Part shown: piece after piece, positions 1 through 9,306 of the stretch
Position numbering within the stretch: the first letter of the stretch is position 1
How the letters are laid out: each line of letters starts with the position of its first letter
Source: Candidatus Bathyarchaeia archaeon
GTDB taxonomy: Archaea; Thermoproteota; Bathyarchaeia; Bathyarchaeales; Bathycorpusculaceae
Direction: 5' to 3'
Length of the DNA: 57,872 bases
Assembly: GCA_050010515.1 (NCBI GenBank)
Contig: JBEKKX010000015.1
Location: 1-57,872 of the forward strand
Position numbers and translations under genes: made by a program
The notes under the pieces: model-generated
Told to the model about the DNA's origin: nothing
Databases searched by the model: none
What the model saw: only the letters and a program-made list of their open reading frames with translations

Positions 1-201
1 AGACAGAATGGCGCATGAGAATTCGGGTTTCTCCATCCTTCACCCTAAATATTCAAGCTCAAACAAACTTAAACAGCAACATGTCAACTTTCATAATTTT
101 GCAACAAGCTGGCGCGCGTTTTAGGACTTATTGTTTTTTCTGTAATTTTCCAATAATGCACACGCTTTTGGAAAGGTCTTGCTTAATTATACTTAGAGAA
201 G

Positions 202-670
202 TCATGCAAATGGGTCGTAATAAGTTATTTTGGCATATTTGCTCCTTTTAAACAAAAAATGCCCCCAAATACTTCCCATTACCACACCTATAATCATGCC
301 AGTTACAAGCAACCACTCAAAACTGAAAAGCCCAAGTAAATAGCCAAATGAACGTAATAACACAACAACGCCTATCGCTAATAAGGGTACAGCGAAAAAG
401 CAAATAGCCATTCCAGCTATAGCTCCAACCAATATGTAGCTAATGTGGTATCTGACCATTAATTTTGAAGGCTCATAGGCTGTTCTTTTACGCTCCTCTA
501 ATGCTATTGCGATAAGAATAATGCCTAAAGTAAAACCAACAGAATCGATAAAAAGGGTAGTCTCAGTTATGTATCCGATATAGAGCAACACAAAATTGAC
601 TGATAAAATAGCAATCGCAATAGCAATCGCCAATTTTTTTCCAAGTGCTCATCTGCTTGTGGTTTTCCAT
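202..670 (-). CDS. Small multi-pass membrane protein (cassette 1); ATG at 670 is out of frame by +1 at the homopolymer 634-640, so only TTG-633 is in frame
   Basis: ORF 202-633 has about 4 hydrophobic segments. Removing one base of the A7 tract gives MENHKQMSTWKKLAIAIAIAILS. Confidence 0.6.
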
Positions 671-699
671 GTGAACTATTCAGCCTCTTGGTGAATCTA

Positions 700-730
700 T
701 TTCTATACTGTGCAGATTTAAGACTTATCT
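700..730 (-). promoter_or_regulatory. Copy 1 of a ~31-bp repeated promoter-like element (minus strand AGATAAGTCTTAAATCTGCACAGTATAGAAA)
   Basis: Near-identical copies at 1236, 1917 and 2267. Contains TATA-like TTAAAT upstream of a gene start. Confidence 0.75.
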
Positions 731-818
731 ACTCTGTAATAGCGAAGTTCCTAACCCTTGAATGTACTTGGTAATAGCTCTAATCATTTCGTCTATTCTG
801 GAACTTGGCTCAATTAAA

Positions 819-1226
819 CTATAAAGGTTTCGAGGTATCGCTTTTCTTTTCTGATTTCATCAATTGACCCCCTAAGAGAGTCAAAGGTATGCCTACCAAA
901 AAAACCAAGACAAATGGAATAAGAAACCAACTTGATTTTATGTTCAAAGCCGCACCAACTAAAGCAACTCCTAAACTCGGAAAAAAAATAATTAACCCAA
1001 TTAATGTGACAAATCTCCCTAAAGTCATTTCTTTTGGTCTTTGAATGGTTTTTTCCCGCTGCTTTTGATGGCGGAATCCAGACAAAGCAACTGCCAAGCC
1101 TGTGGTTACTAAAAGCCCTCCTTCAAGCCCAAGTGTTCTGAAAGTGTAAATAACGTAAGTGCCTATTCCAAAAATGACCATTCCAAGCACAAGAAGACCA
1201 ATTTGAATTTTTTTGATTTTATCCAT
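819..1226 (-). CDS. Hypothetical 4-TM membrane protein (cassette 2)
   Basis: 135-aa ORF with four hydrophobic helices; start codon 10 nt from repeat copy 2. Confidence 0.75.
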   Translation of the reverse strand: MDKIKKIQIGLLVLGMVIFGIGTYVIYTFRTLGLEGGLLVTTGLAVALSGFRHQKQREKTIQRPKEMTLGRFVTLIGLIIFFPSLGVALVGAALNIKSSWFLIPFVLVFLVGIPLTLLGGQLMKSEKKSDTSKPL

Positions 1227-1235
1227 AAGGAACTG

Positions 1236-1266
1236 TTTCTACGCTTCTCAGATTTAATACTTATCT
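1236..1266 (-). promoter_or_regulatory. Copy 2 of repeated promoter-like element
   Basis: tttctacgcttctcagatttaatacttatct. Confidence 0.7.
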
Positions 1267-1319
1267 CGAGCCTTAATGTACTCTGGAAACTTTACTAATT
1301 CTGATATGCATATGTTGGT

Positions 1320-1907
1320 CTAAGAAGGGTTCTGTTTTGGTTCTTTGCTTATTAGCAGTTTTATTATGAAACAAGCATTTACCATCAAAGAAAGCATGAA
1401 GACATAAGATGGTAAGTTAAGCTCTCCCCAAATGACCAGTGGAATTGGTGAAGAACCAACCTGCACAGCACCTACATAAATTGACCAAAAATTAACTCCT
1501 AATACTCTTACATAGTTATTCATCGTTCCACTGAGCTGAGAGAGCATTGTTTGGCTGGAAAGAAACATGAGCAAACCAGTTATGATATTGGCAATGATAA
1601 TGGTTACTGGAAATCTCTTTGCTATACCTGAGCTCCTACTGACTTTTATTATGAAATAAGCACTTATTATCAAAGAAAGAAGAAGAAGGTAGAACGCTAA
1701 ATTAGGAAATGCCGTAATGACAAGTGGAGTAGGCGAAGAATAGGGCTGAACAGCACCTACATAAATTTTGTCGATATTAACTCCTGTTACAGTTAAATAA
1801 GGATGACTCGCAGTGAGGTGAAGAAGCATTACTTGGCTGGAAAGATAAAGGAGCAAACCCATTATGACATTGGCAATGATAATGATGGCTGTAAATCTTT
1901 TTGTCAT
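1320..1907 (-). CDS. Membrane protein made of two tandem ~94-aa repeats (cassette 3)
   Basis: KRF..IIIAN...GLL..LSSQ.ML...GVN...IYVGAVQ..SSP.PLVI....NL occurs twice. Confidence 0.8.
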   Translation of the reverse strand: MTKRFTAIIIIANVIMGLLLYLSSQVMLLHLTASHPYLTVTGVNIDKIYVGAVQPYSSPTPLVITAFPNLAFYLLLLSLIISAYFIIKVSRSSGIAKRFPVTIIIANIITGLLMFLSSQTMLSQLSGTMNNYVRVLGVNFWSIYVGAVQVGSSPIPLVIWGELNLPSYVFMLSLMVNACFIIKLLISKEPKQNPS

Positions 1908-1916
1908 GTTAAGCCA

Positions 1917-1947
1917 TTTCTACGCTATGCAGATTTAAGACTTATCT
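1917..1947 (-). promoter_or_regulatory. Copy 3 of repeated promoter-like element
   Basis: tttctacgctatgcagatttaagacttatct; start codon 10 nt away. Confidence 0.75.
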
Positions 1948-2020
1948 TTATGGAAACTCGGAGTCTTAATATTCAAATTCCATGTTCTCTATTGGAGAAT
2001 CTGTTATCGAGTCATGTGGA

Positions 2021-2246
2021 TTAATACTTCGCCTTTTCTTTTGGCTCCAAGATTCGCTTTTCACGTTCTCTCAACCTATTCCCATAAAACTCAATAGCTA
2101 TCCCAACAACCATAACTAATGCAAATAAAAGACCGTATCCGTAACCCCATTTTTCCACAAAAAAGAGAAACCACAAAAAGTAAAAACCCAAAGATTCCGA
2201 TTACCGAACCAATTATAGCTATTTTCCAGCCTCTTGTTAGATGCAA
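2021..2246 (-). pseudogene. Small 2-TM membrane protein gene with +1 frameshift in a T-rich tract (cassette 4)
   Basis: TTG-2246 reads MHLTRGWKIAIIGSVIGIFGFLLF...; the +1 frame continues FVEKWGYGYGLLFALVMVVGIAIEFYGNRLRERE...KY*. Length 226 nt = 3n+1. Confidence 0.55.
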
Positions 2247-2266
2247 AATCTCACTAAGTTGAACTA

Positions 2267-2295
2267 TTTCTATGCTGTGCAGATTTAAGACTTAT
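2267..2295 (-). promoter_or_regulatory. Copy 4 of repeated promoter-like element
   Basis: tttctatgctgtgcagatttaagacttat. Confidence 0.75.
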
Positions 2296-2303
2296 TGTTT
2301 TTT

Positions 2304-2484
2304 CTTTAATTGTAATTGTAACTGTATGTAACTTTAATTGTAATTGTAATAGAGAGATGGGGCAAGGGATTAGAGAGAGAGTATGAGTGGAAGTGAGAAA
2401 GGATTGGTTAAGCGTTTGAGTGTTTAGCCGTAGTCGTTTACTCAGTGAGTGTTATAGTCGTGAGTGTTAGCGTGGTGAGTGTTA
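2304..2484. repeat. Short direct-repeat, strand-skewed region
   Basis: ctttaattgtaattgtaa at 2304 and 2332; gtgagtgtta at 2445, 2460 and 2475 (15-bp period). Confidence 0.7.
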
Positions 2485-2556
2485 GGCGTGTTGGTAGTAG
2501 TTGGATGGAGAGAGAAAAAGATTAAATTTTAATCCAAAAATAATCGTTAGCTTGCC

Positions 2557-3624
2557 TCAACCAATTAGTTTCTTCAAGTATGGTATTTTTTTCAGTAAAA
2601 GAATTATTGCAAGAGAAACAAACAAAACAATTACTGTCATCAATGGAACCCCAATGATGGAATTGATTGTGTTACCATTAATTGCGAAACCGAAATAGCC
2701 TCTTTGAAGGGATTCAAGTATCATTACGTGAAACAGGAACAAAGCTAAAGAGTTTTCACTAATTACTTTAATCAGTTTATTACCTGTGGAAGGGCGGGTC
2801 ACTTTCTGAACCGAAGGCGGCTGAATCGTAAGTAACAGCAGGAACACCATAACTGAGGCTAAAATAAGTGTTGGGCTAAAATACCCTTGAAAGAAATACA
2901 TTTCCCCCCCTCCAACAGTGGCAGCCAGCACGTAAGTGCTAATTGCAGTCAAAGCTATTCCAAGAATCATAAAAATCGAAAGAGTCAAGCGACGTATTTG
3001 TACCGTAAGAAGGTATGTGCCTAAAACGAAGTATCCTACATACCCGGTAATTGTGAAAACATCACTGCTCAACTGGTAAGTGGTTAACAAGCCGAAAACT
3101 GGTATAATGGCTACACCCAAAAACCACAGTATCACAAAGTATTTTATAATCGTTTGATCTGCATGAGCTATAAATATACGCAAGATTGGAGTCAAAAGGT
3201 AAAGGCCAACGAGCATATAGAGGTACCAAAACTGGTAGTAAGGACCATTCAGTAAGCCTTGGATGATGGCGCTTGAAGTAAATGCTTGATGTTCAACTAA
3301 AAAGTCCCAGGCAAAGTAGGCGCCGCCCCAAAATATCCAAGGTAAACCTATTCGAGCCCATCGCTTCTTAAAAAAAACGCTTAGACTTTCATTCTTTGAG
3401 GGTTGGAGCAGAAGAGCGCCAGTCAACATCACAAATAATGGAACCCCAATTCGTCCAATAGATTGGTAAATATCAACCGTAGTCCAACGGATAATTTCAA
3501 ACTGGTTCATTTGTTGAATTGTTAAGTCATTTGAAGCATGAAGCAGGATAACTATTACAATAGCTACCGTCCGAATTAGGTCAACGGGAACAGCGCGCCC
3601 TCTTAGCTGATTCAGCTTCTCCAC
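2557..3624 (-). CDS. Acyltransferase-3 family membrane O-acetyltransferase (WecH/OafA-like)
   Basis: DLIRTVAIVIVILLH, VPLFVMLTG, KKRWAR and FWYLY motifs; about 10 TM helices. Confidence 0.9.
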   Translation of the reverse strand: MEKLNQLRGRAVPVDLIRTVAIVIVILLHASNDLTIQQMNQFEIIRWTTVDIYQSIGRIGVPLFVMLTGALLLQPSKNESLSVFFKKRWARIGLPWIFWGGAYFAWDFLVEHQAFTSSAIIQGLLNGPYYQFWYLYMLVGLYLLTPILRIFIAHADQTIIKYFVILWFLGVAIIPVFGLLTTYQLSSDVFTITGYVGYFVLGTYLLTVQIRRLTLSIFMILGIALTAISTYVLAATVGGGEMYFFQGYFSPTLILASVMVFLLLLTIQPPSVQKVTRPSTGNKLIKVISENSLALFLFHVMILESLQRGYFGFAINGNTINSIIGVPLMTVIVLFVSLAIILLLKKIPYLKKLIG

Positions 3625-3739
3625 CTAAACCAAATCACATTCTAAGAGCATTTTATGCTAATAAAAGTTGACTTCAACGTAGGAAAAAGGGAGCTTTCTT
3701 TCAATGTGCAGCACTCGCTAAGCGCGTGGCAAATTCTGC

Positions 3740-3860
3740 TAATCTGAAAACCAGTTGGATAAGGCTCTATTGCTGCATGAAGCAAAATAACTAAAACTTT
3801 GGCAACCGTGAGGTAGGGTCAACGGGGAAGAGTGATACCCTCATTTTTCGGGTACAATTT
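3740..3860 (-). pseudogene. Degenerate 5' remnant of a paralogous acyltransferase-3 gene
   Basis: Frameshifted NEGITLP/VD..TVAKVLVILLHAAIEPYP resembles the N-terminus of 2557-3624. Confidence 0.55.
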
Positions 3861-4044
3861 CGGTCCTTAATCTCATTTTTCTTCCTCTAAGTGCCGTTTG
3901 TTAATGATACTTTGCAATATACTCCAAAATGCCGTCAAACTATCGAATGGTTAGTTTTTGGGAAACGTCTTTGAAATACTCAAAATTAAGGAGTTAATGT
4001 TGTTAATACAAAAAAGCTACGGCGCTATGCTAGGTGTGTTTTTG

Positions 4045-4707
4045 TTAGATTATAGCCTTGTATATCTCGTTAGCGATTAGTTTTGAGCCTTCACTATTGG
4101 GATGGACTCCGTCAGGAAAACAATCAGAATAGTTAGCCAAAACCGAATACACATTAATTACTGGCAAATGAGTCTCGTTTGCCGCCTGTTCGATGCCGGG
4201 AATTACGGTGAGCCTGAAATATTGGGGGCTTATGCCAGATTCATTGTTGAAAACTGGCGGTGGCAGCACAATCCATATCTTTGGCTTGCTTACAAGCGCT
4301 TGGAACGCGGCAACCAGCTTCACGTAGTCGTCCACAAAGCTTCCATTGTATTGCTCAAGGACTGGGTGAGCGTCATTGGTTCCCAGCATAATGATTACTA
4401 TGTTAGGCTGGAATTCCGTAGCGTTTTGGAATGCGCTCGTGTTCATATACGGTGACTGAGAATTAAGAGAGACCGTGGTTCCGCCAACACCAAAGTTACC
4501 AACCGTATAGTTTGCACCAAGCAACATCGAAAGGTCAGCTGGATACTCGGTTCCCTCCGTGATGCTATCGCCGACGCATGCAACACGGATTTTATCTGCT
4601 GAGGGGTTTTTGTTTCCGACAGCTAAAATGAAGAATGTTGCTATTCCTGACGACACAAGCAAGATGACTAATCCAATCGCCAGTAATCTTAATTTCTTTT
4701 TATTCAT
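4045..4707 (-). CDS. SGNH/GDSL hydrolase with N-terminal membrane anchor
   Basis: GDSITEG, NFGVGG, GTND and DGVHPN blocks. Confidence 0.9.
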   Translation of the reverse strand: MNKKKLRLLAIGLVILLVSSGIATFFILAVGNKNPSADKIRVACVGDSITEGTEYPADLSMLLGANYTVGNFGVGGTTVSLNSQSPYMNTSAFQNATEFQPNIVIIMLGTNDAHPVLEQYNGSFVDDYVKLVAAFQALVSKPKIWIVLPPPVFNNESGISPQYFRLTVIPGIEQAANETHLPVINVYSVLANYSDCFPDGVHPNSEGSKLIANEIYKAII

Positions 4708-4887
4708 TTTACGGTCTCGCTATACGCTAAATTCTATTTTAATCGCTTTATTCTGTTATGTGCTCACTTGAAATAAATGCAAATAAATGCTCATTAACTT
4801 AACGGGAAAATTCAAATTTTTGATTGCACAAAACAGCCTTTTTAAGTCCTAAACAATGTTAGCATCACAATTCAATTGATATATAAG

Positions 4888-4961
4888 TGGACCGGGGGGG
4901 ATTTGAACCCCCGACCTCTTGAGTGCAAGTCAAGCGTTCATACCAGCTGAACTACCGGCCC
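4888..4961 (-). tRNA. tRNA-Ala(TGC)
   Basis: Cloverleaf GGGCCGG...CTTGA-CTTGCAC-TCAAG...GGTTCAAATCC...CCGGTCCA with a G3:U70 pair; no intron. Confidence 0.95.
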
Positions 4962-5098
4962 TAGCTTTCCAATTGATTAACCATTCAATGATATTTAGCT
5001 TTTGTTCGGGCAAAAACAGGGCTAACGCAGAAAAATAATGAAAAATGTAAAAAAAAATAATGAATAAATTTAGAGATTTAATGGGTTAAGCGGTAAGC

Positions 5099-5242
5099 TT
5101 AATATCGTCTTGGCCTTGCTGGTCGTTTCTTAGCCCAGCATTCTCGGCAATAAACTGGTCTGCTTGGGTCTGGTTTGAATGGGACTTCACATTCCTGACC
5201 GCATTCAGAGCAAGTTGCCTTGAACATTTCTTTTCCGGACAC
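5099..5242 (-). CDS. CxxC-x17-CxxC domain small protein (47 aa, below the ORF-track cutoff)
   Basis: MSGKEMFKATCSECGQECEVPFKPDPSRPVYCRECWAKKRPARPRRY. Confidence 0.85.
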   Translation of the reverse strand: MSGKEMFKATCSECGQECEVPFKPDPSRPVYCRECWAKKRPARPRRY

Positions 5243-5471
5243 TACTTTTCAACTCCTTATATCTGTTTATTGTGCAAAAACTGCTTCTTGCACGACGCAT
5301 CTATGCAACGCATTGAAACATATAAAATTTATCGTTAAAAAAAGAGCCACAATGTACATTGTTAAACGCTTGCTTTAGCACGGATTTATCAAAAAAATCA
5401 ACTTACCGATTGTTTTAAAAAAGTTATATGCTAAAAGCGCTGATAAGTCATTAGCTGAGGAGGCTTAAGGT

Positions 5472-5957
5472 TTGGAGTTTAAAACAGTTAAAATTGACCC
5501 GCCGAAAGACTGCAACATCATCTTAGGCATGGCTCACTTCATAAAAACAGCTGAAGACCTCTATGAAGCCATGGTTAACGCTGTCCCAAACATTAAATTT
5601 GGCCTAGGTTTCTGCGAGAGTTCAGGACCTTGTTTGGTTAGGCACGAGGGAAACGACGAGGAATTGCGCCGACTGGCAGCCGCGAAAGCCTTTGAAATTG
5701 CCTGTGGGCATAGTTTTCTCATTTATATAAAAAATGCTTATCCATTAAACGTTCTTGATAAAATCAAGAAGGTGCCTGAGGTATGCACTGTTTACGCTGC
5801 TACAGCTAACCCGCTAGAAGTAATAATCGCTGAAACCGCCCAGGGAAGAGGCATTATTGGTGTTGTTGACGGCTTAAAAAGTAACGGCATAGAAACCGAC
5901 GCTGACATTAAGGAGCGGCGGCAGTTCCTGCGGAAAATCGGCTACAAACTAGGCTAA
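5472..5957 (+). CDS. Adenosine-specific kinase family protein (COG1839)
   Basis: NIILGMAHFIKT, FCESSGPCLVR, ATANP and GRGIIGVVDG motifs. Confidence 0.85.
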   Translation: MEFKTVKIDPPKDCNIILGMAHFIKTAEDLYEAMVNAVPNIKFGLGFCESSGPCLVRHEGNDEELRRLAAAKAFEIACGHSFLIYIKNAYPLNVLDKIKKVPEVCTVYAATANPLEVIIAETAQGRGIIGVVDGLKSNGIETDADIKERRQFLRKIGYKLG

Positions 5958-5963
5958 CACCGA

Positions 5964-6941
5964 TTATTCTTCTGAAGCTATTATGCTCTTCAACAGGGAG
6001 TCGTCGATGTTTCCGCCAGTTACAACTATAGCCACGGTTTGCTTAGTGAATGAGTCGTTGTTTTCCAGCAGCATTGCGACTCCCGCCACGCCGGAACCTT
6101 CCACCACTTGCTTTTCATTTTTCCAAAGTAGATAAACAGCATGCCTAATTGACTCTTCTCTAACCAGCATTACTTCGTCAACGTATTGTTGGGCTATGGT
6201 GAATGTGATGGAGCCTTTTTCGATCCCTCCAGATAAGCCTTCAGCAATGGTGTTGGGTTCATGTCTATGTGGAGGAACGATTTTGCCAGCCTTCAAAGAC
6301 TCGTACATGATGGGTACAGCTTTGGATTGTACGCCGATAACTTGCACATTGGGTCTTTGGCTTTTAATAGCTACGCTTATGCCTGCAATCAAGCCTCCTC
6401 CGCCAACCGGCACAACGACGACGTCAACGTTTGGAAGTTCTTTGAGGATTTCTAATCCGACGGTTCCGTGTCCAGACACGATTAACTCGTCATTGTAAGG
6501 GGAAATGTAGAGGCGCCCTTTTTGTGTTGCAATTTCTTTAGCTTTCTTTTCAGCCTCAGTGTAAGTTTCACCGAACAACAAGAGGTCGGCACCGTACTGT
6601 TTTATGCTATCCACTTTAATTTTCGGCGTGTTAGTAGGCACTACGATTTGCGCTGAGAAACCCAATTTTTTGGCACCATAAGCTACTGCTTGACCATGAT
6701 TGCCAGCTGAAGCTGTCACCACCCCTCTAGCTTTTTCTTCGGGCGACAGGTTGAGTAGTTTGTTTATTACTCCGCGAATTTTGAAGGAGTGCGTTACCTG
6801 CTGGTTTTCAAGTTTCAAAAAGACCTCGCCGCTGCATAGTTCGCTTAGAAACTTTGAACGCGTCAGCAGAGTTGGAATAGCGTATGGTTTTATGGTTTTT
6901 TGTGCTTGCTCTATATCTCGAAGTGTGACCATCTTTTTCAT
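5964..6941 (-). CDS. ilvA: Threonine/serine ammonia-lyase (PLP-dependent, no ACT domain)
   Basis: LKLEN..SFKIRG, ASAGNHGQ and VPVGGGGL motifs. Confidence 0.85.
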   Translation of the reverse strand: MKKMVTLRDIEQAQKTIKPYAIPTLLTRSKFLSELCSGEVFLKLENQQVTHSFKIRGVINKLLNLSPEEKARGVVTASAGNHGQAVAYGAKKLGFSAQIVVPTNTPKIKVDSIKQYGADLLLFGETYTEAEKKAKEIATQKGRLYISPYNDELIVSGHGTVGLEILKELPNVDVVVVPVGGGGLIAGISVAIKSQRPNVQVIGVQSKAVPIMYESLKAGKIVPPHRHEPNTIAEGLSGGIEKGSITFTIAQQYVDEVMLVREESIRHAVYLLWKNEKQVVEGSGVAGVAMLLENNDSFTKQTVAIVVTGGNIDDSLLKSIIASEE

Positions 6942-7037
6942 CGCCTAAAAGACCGTTAACTTACCTGTTAAGTACCATAAACTATTTTAGCTTATTTTAG
7001 AATCAAACTTTAACAGCATTTCAGAACTGGTGTTTTT

Positions 7038-7883
7038 ATGAGTTTAGAGAGAAATATGGCTCAAATTGAAGCTTACAGGCAGCAACAATCAGAGGAGCAG
7101 CGGAGACTAAAAGATAGAATGGGAAAAATTAAACATAAAATCGCCGTCATAAGCGGTAAAGGCGGAGTTGGAAAAAGCACCATAACCGTTAACCTTGCCG
7201 CCGCATTTGCACAAAAGGGAATCAAAGTTGGCATTTTGGATGCGGATATTCATGGACCAAGCGTTCCAAGGCTTCTCGGGTTAGAAGGGCAACGTGTCAA
7301 GTATGGTCCGCCAGGTGCTTTCCCGGTTGATGGACTATTCGGGATAAAGGTTATGTCGATTGATTTCTTTTTGCCTGAACAGGCACCGACTATTTGGCGC
7401 GGACCATTAAAAATGAGAGCGATCCGCCAGTTTTTATCAGATATTGTTTGGGGTGAGCTTGATTTTCTCTTTATTGATTTGCCGCCTGGAACGGGCGATG
7501 AACCACTCAGTATTGCCCAGCTTTTGCCTGACCTAGACGGCGTGGTAATCGTTACAATGCCTTCCCAATTGTCAAGTTCAGTTGTTAAGAAAGCAATTAC
7601 TTTCGCTGAAAGATTAAACATGCCTATAATTGGCGTTGTGGAAAACATGAGCGGTTTTGTTTGTCCACATTGCGGAGAAAAAACTGAAATTTTCCAATCT
7701 GGCGGCGGAAAAAAGATGGCGGAAGAAGCTGGAGTTCCCTTTCTCGGAAGCATTCCCATTGACCCCAAGGTAAGTGTGGATTCCGATAAGGGGCATCCTT
7801 TTGTTGTTGCGGATAAGGATTCTACTGCGGCTAAGGCCTTCATGGAAATTGTCAAGAAAGTTGAGGCTTACCTGAAAAAATAA
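7038..7883 (+). CDS. mrp: Mrp/NBP35 Fe-S cluster carrier ATPase
   Basis: SGKGGVGKST, WRGP, DLPPGTGD and ENMSGFVCPHC motifs. Confidence 0.93.
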   Translation: MSLERNMAQIEAYRQQQSEEQRRLKDRMGKIKHKIAVISGKGGVGKSTITVNLAAAFAQKGIKVGILDADIHGPSVPRLLGLEGQRVKYGPPGAFPVDGLFGIKVMSIDFFLPEQAPTIWRGPLKMRAIRQFLSDIVWGELDFLFIDLPPGTGDEPLSIAQLLPDLDGVVIVTMPSQLSSSVVKKAITFAERLNMPIIGVVENMSGFVCPHCGEKTEIFQSGGGKKMAEEAGVPFLGSIPIDPKVSVDSDKGHPFVVADKDSTAAKAFMEIVKKVEAYLKK

Positions 7884-7951
7884 TACTAAAACATTTTGAT
7901 ATTGTAAAAAGTTTGGAGAGCTTAAAACTCCCAGGTTAATTGTCCGTCAAG

Positions 7952-8242
7952 CTACTCTTTTGTAAGAGTTATTTCTATCGTTGAAACCATTCTTGACCTG
8001 TTTTCGCCTTCTCTTGGTGGCATCTCTACTGTTCCGATTGCGATTTTTGTCACTTTAAGATCTTTTAGGAACCGACTTCTTGTTATTTCTGCAACGTCAA
8101 CAGCGGTAGTTATTGCTTGCCCTCTTGCTTTTAGGGTTATTTCTTTTTCTACGCCTGAAGAGAATGCCGTTATGATAGCGAGCACATAGCTCATTGGTGG
8201 TTTGTTTCCAACGAAGATTACATCTTGTGGTTTTTCTGCCAT
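7952..8242 (-). CDS. albA: DNA/RNA-binding protein Alba
   Basis: FVGNKPPMSYVLA, LKARGQAI and VSTIEITL motifs. Confidence 0.95.
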   Translation of the reverse strand: MAEKPQDVIFVGNKPPMSYVLAIITAFSSGVEKEITLKARGQAITTAVDVAEITRSRFLKDLKVTKIAIGTVEMPPREGENRSRMVSTIEITLTKE

Positions 8243-8501
8243 ATCTATCACTCCTTTTTTTTATTGTTCATTGCGCTAGTAACGTTCTTTTTGTCTTTTC
8301 ATGTAGACGGGAACGTTACTGCATTACTACGTAAAGCTTCCTTATAAACTCAGTTCAGCACCTGATATATGCACTAGCGCTAACTCAAAACGATAACGCA
8401 CATGTATCTTTGATGACAAGCTTATCAATGCATTATCCAGCAAATCCTTAAGTTTAAAACATAATATTCACGAAAAAGCGCTATAGTTTTATACCTCAAC
8501 C

Positions 8502-9302
8502 TTGAAGGAAGAGTACAAGCCGGAGCATTATTTCATGTCAGTGTCGCCTAGCCTCAGAGAAGTTTTAGCAAGAAGGATTGCTGGAGAAATAATTCTTTCA
8601 GGCAAACCAGGCGCTACCATGCGGAAGTGGCGTGAGCTTTTTGCTGTTTCTCAATTGACCCTTTCCGAGATGATGGGGTTGTCATCTTCAGTGATAAGTG
8701 ATTATGAAAGTGGGCGGCGAAAAAGTCCGGGCGCCAAATTCATCCGAAGGTTCGTGCTCTCACTCTTACTAATTGACGAGGGAAAAGGCAGTCGCTTCAT
8801 TAGAGAATTCGCTAAGCTGACCAGTTCGCCAAGCATGGCTGTTGAGGATTTACGTGAGTTTCCCATTCCGGTACGGATTGAATACTTGTGCAGGGCTATT
8901 GGCGGCGAAGTAGTAGCTTGCAAGGACAAATACGTCAAAGAAGTCAACGGATACACAGTCATCGATAGCACAAAAGCGGTTGAAGCGTATTCTGGCTCGG
9001 AGTACGCGCAGCTGTTTGGGGCAACCACTGACCGGGCGCTGATTTTCACAAACGTGGAAGCAGGATGCTTGCCCATGATGATTGTACGGGTCAGCAGCCT
9101 AAAACCGAGGATTGTAGTTTTTCACAAAACCCAACCTGACGCCGAAGCCATACGCATAGCTGAGTACGAGCAGATACCCCTCATCTACTCAACTGCACCC
9201 AGCGTCGAGCAGTTGGTGAAGTCTCTGCGGAAACTGTACCGAATAGCATTGCGCATAAAGCTTGGTAGACGTGTGCGTCCACCGCCAAAAATAAGCGCAT
9301 AA
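8502..9302 (+). CDS. Archaeal HTH transcriptional regulator (COG1709-like)
   Basis: IAGEIILS..PG.TMRKWRE and SVISDYESGRRKSPG motifs. Confidence 0.85.
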   Translation: MKEEYKPEHYFMSVSPSLREVLARRIAGEIILSGKPGATMRKWRELFAVSQLTLSEMMGLSSSVISDYESGRRKSPGAKFIRRFVLSLLLIDEGKGSRFIREFAKLTSSPSMAVEDLREFPIPVRIEYLCRAIGGEVVACKDKYVKEVNGYTVIDSTKAVEAYSGSEYAQLFGATTDRALIFTNVEAGCLPMMIVRVSSLKPRIVVFHKTQPDAEAIRIAEYEQIPLIYSTAPSVEQLVKSLRKLYRIALRIKLGRRVRPPPKISA

Positions 9303-9306
9303 AAAG

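Noticed and set aside
700-2295. CRISPR array or integron attC interpretation of the 31-bp repeats
   Set aside because: Spacing is roughly 350-680 bp and gene-filled, there are no cas genes, and no R''/R' boxes or attC hairpin are visible.
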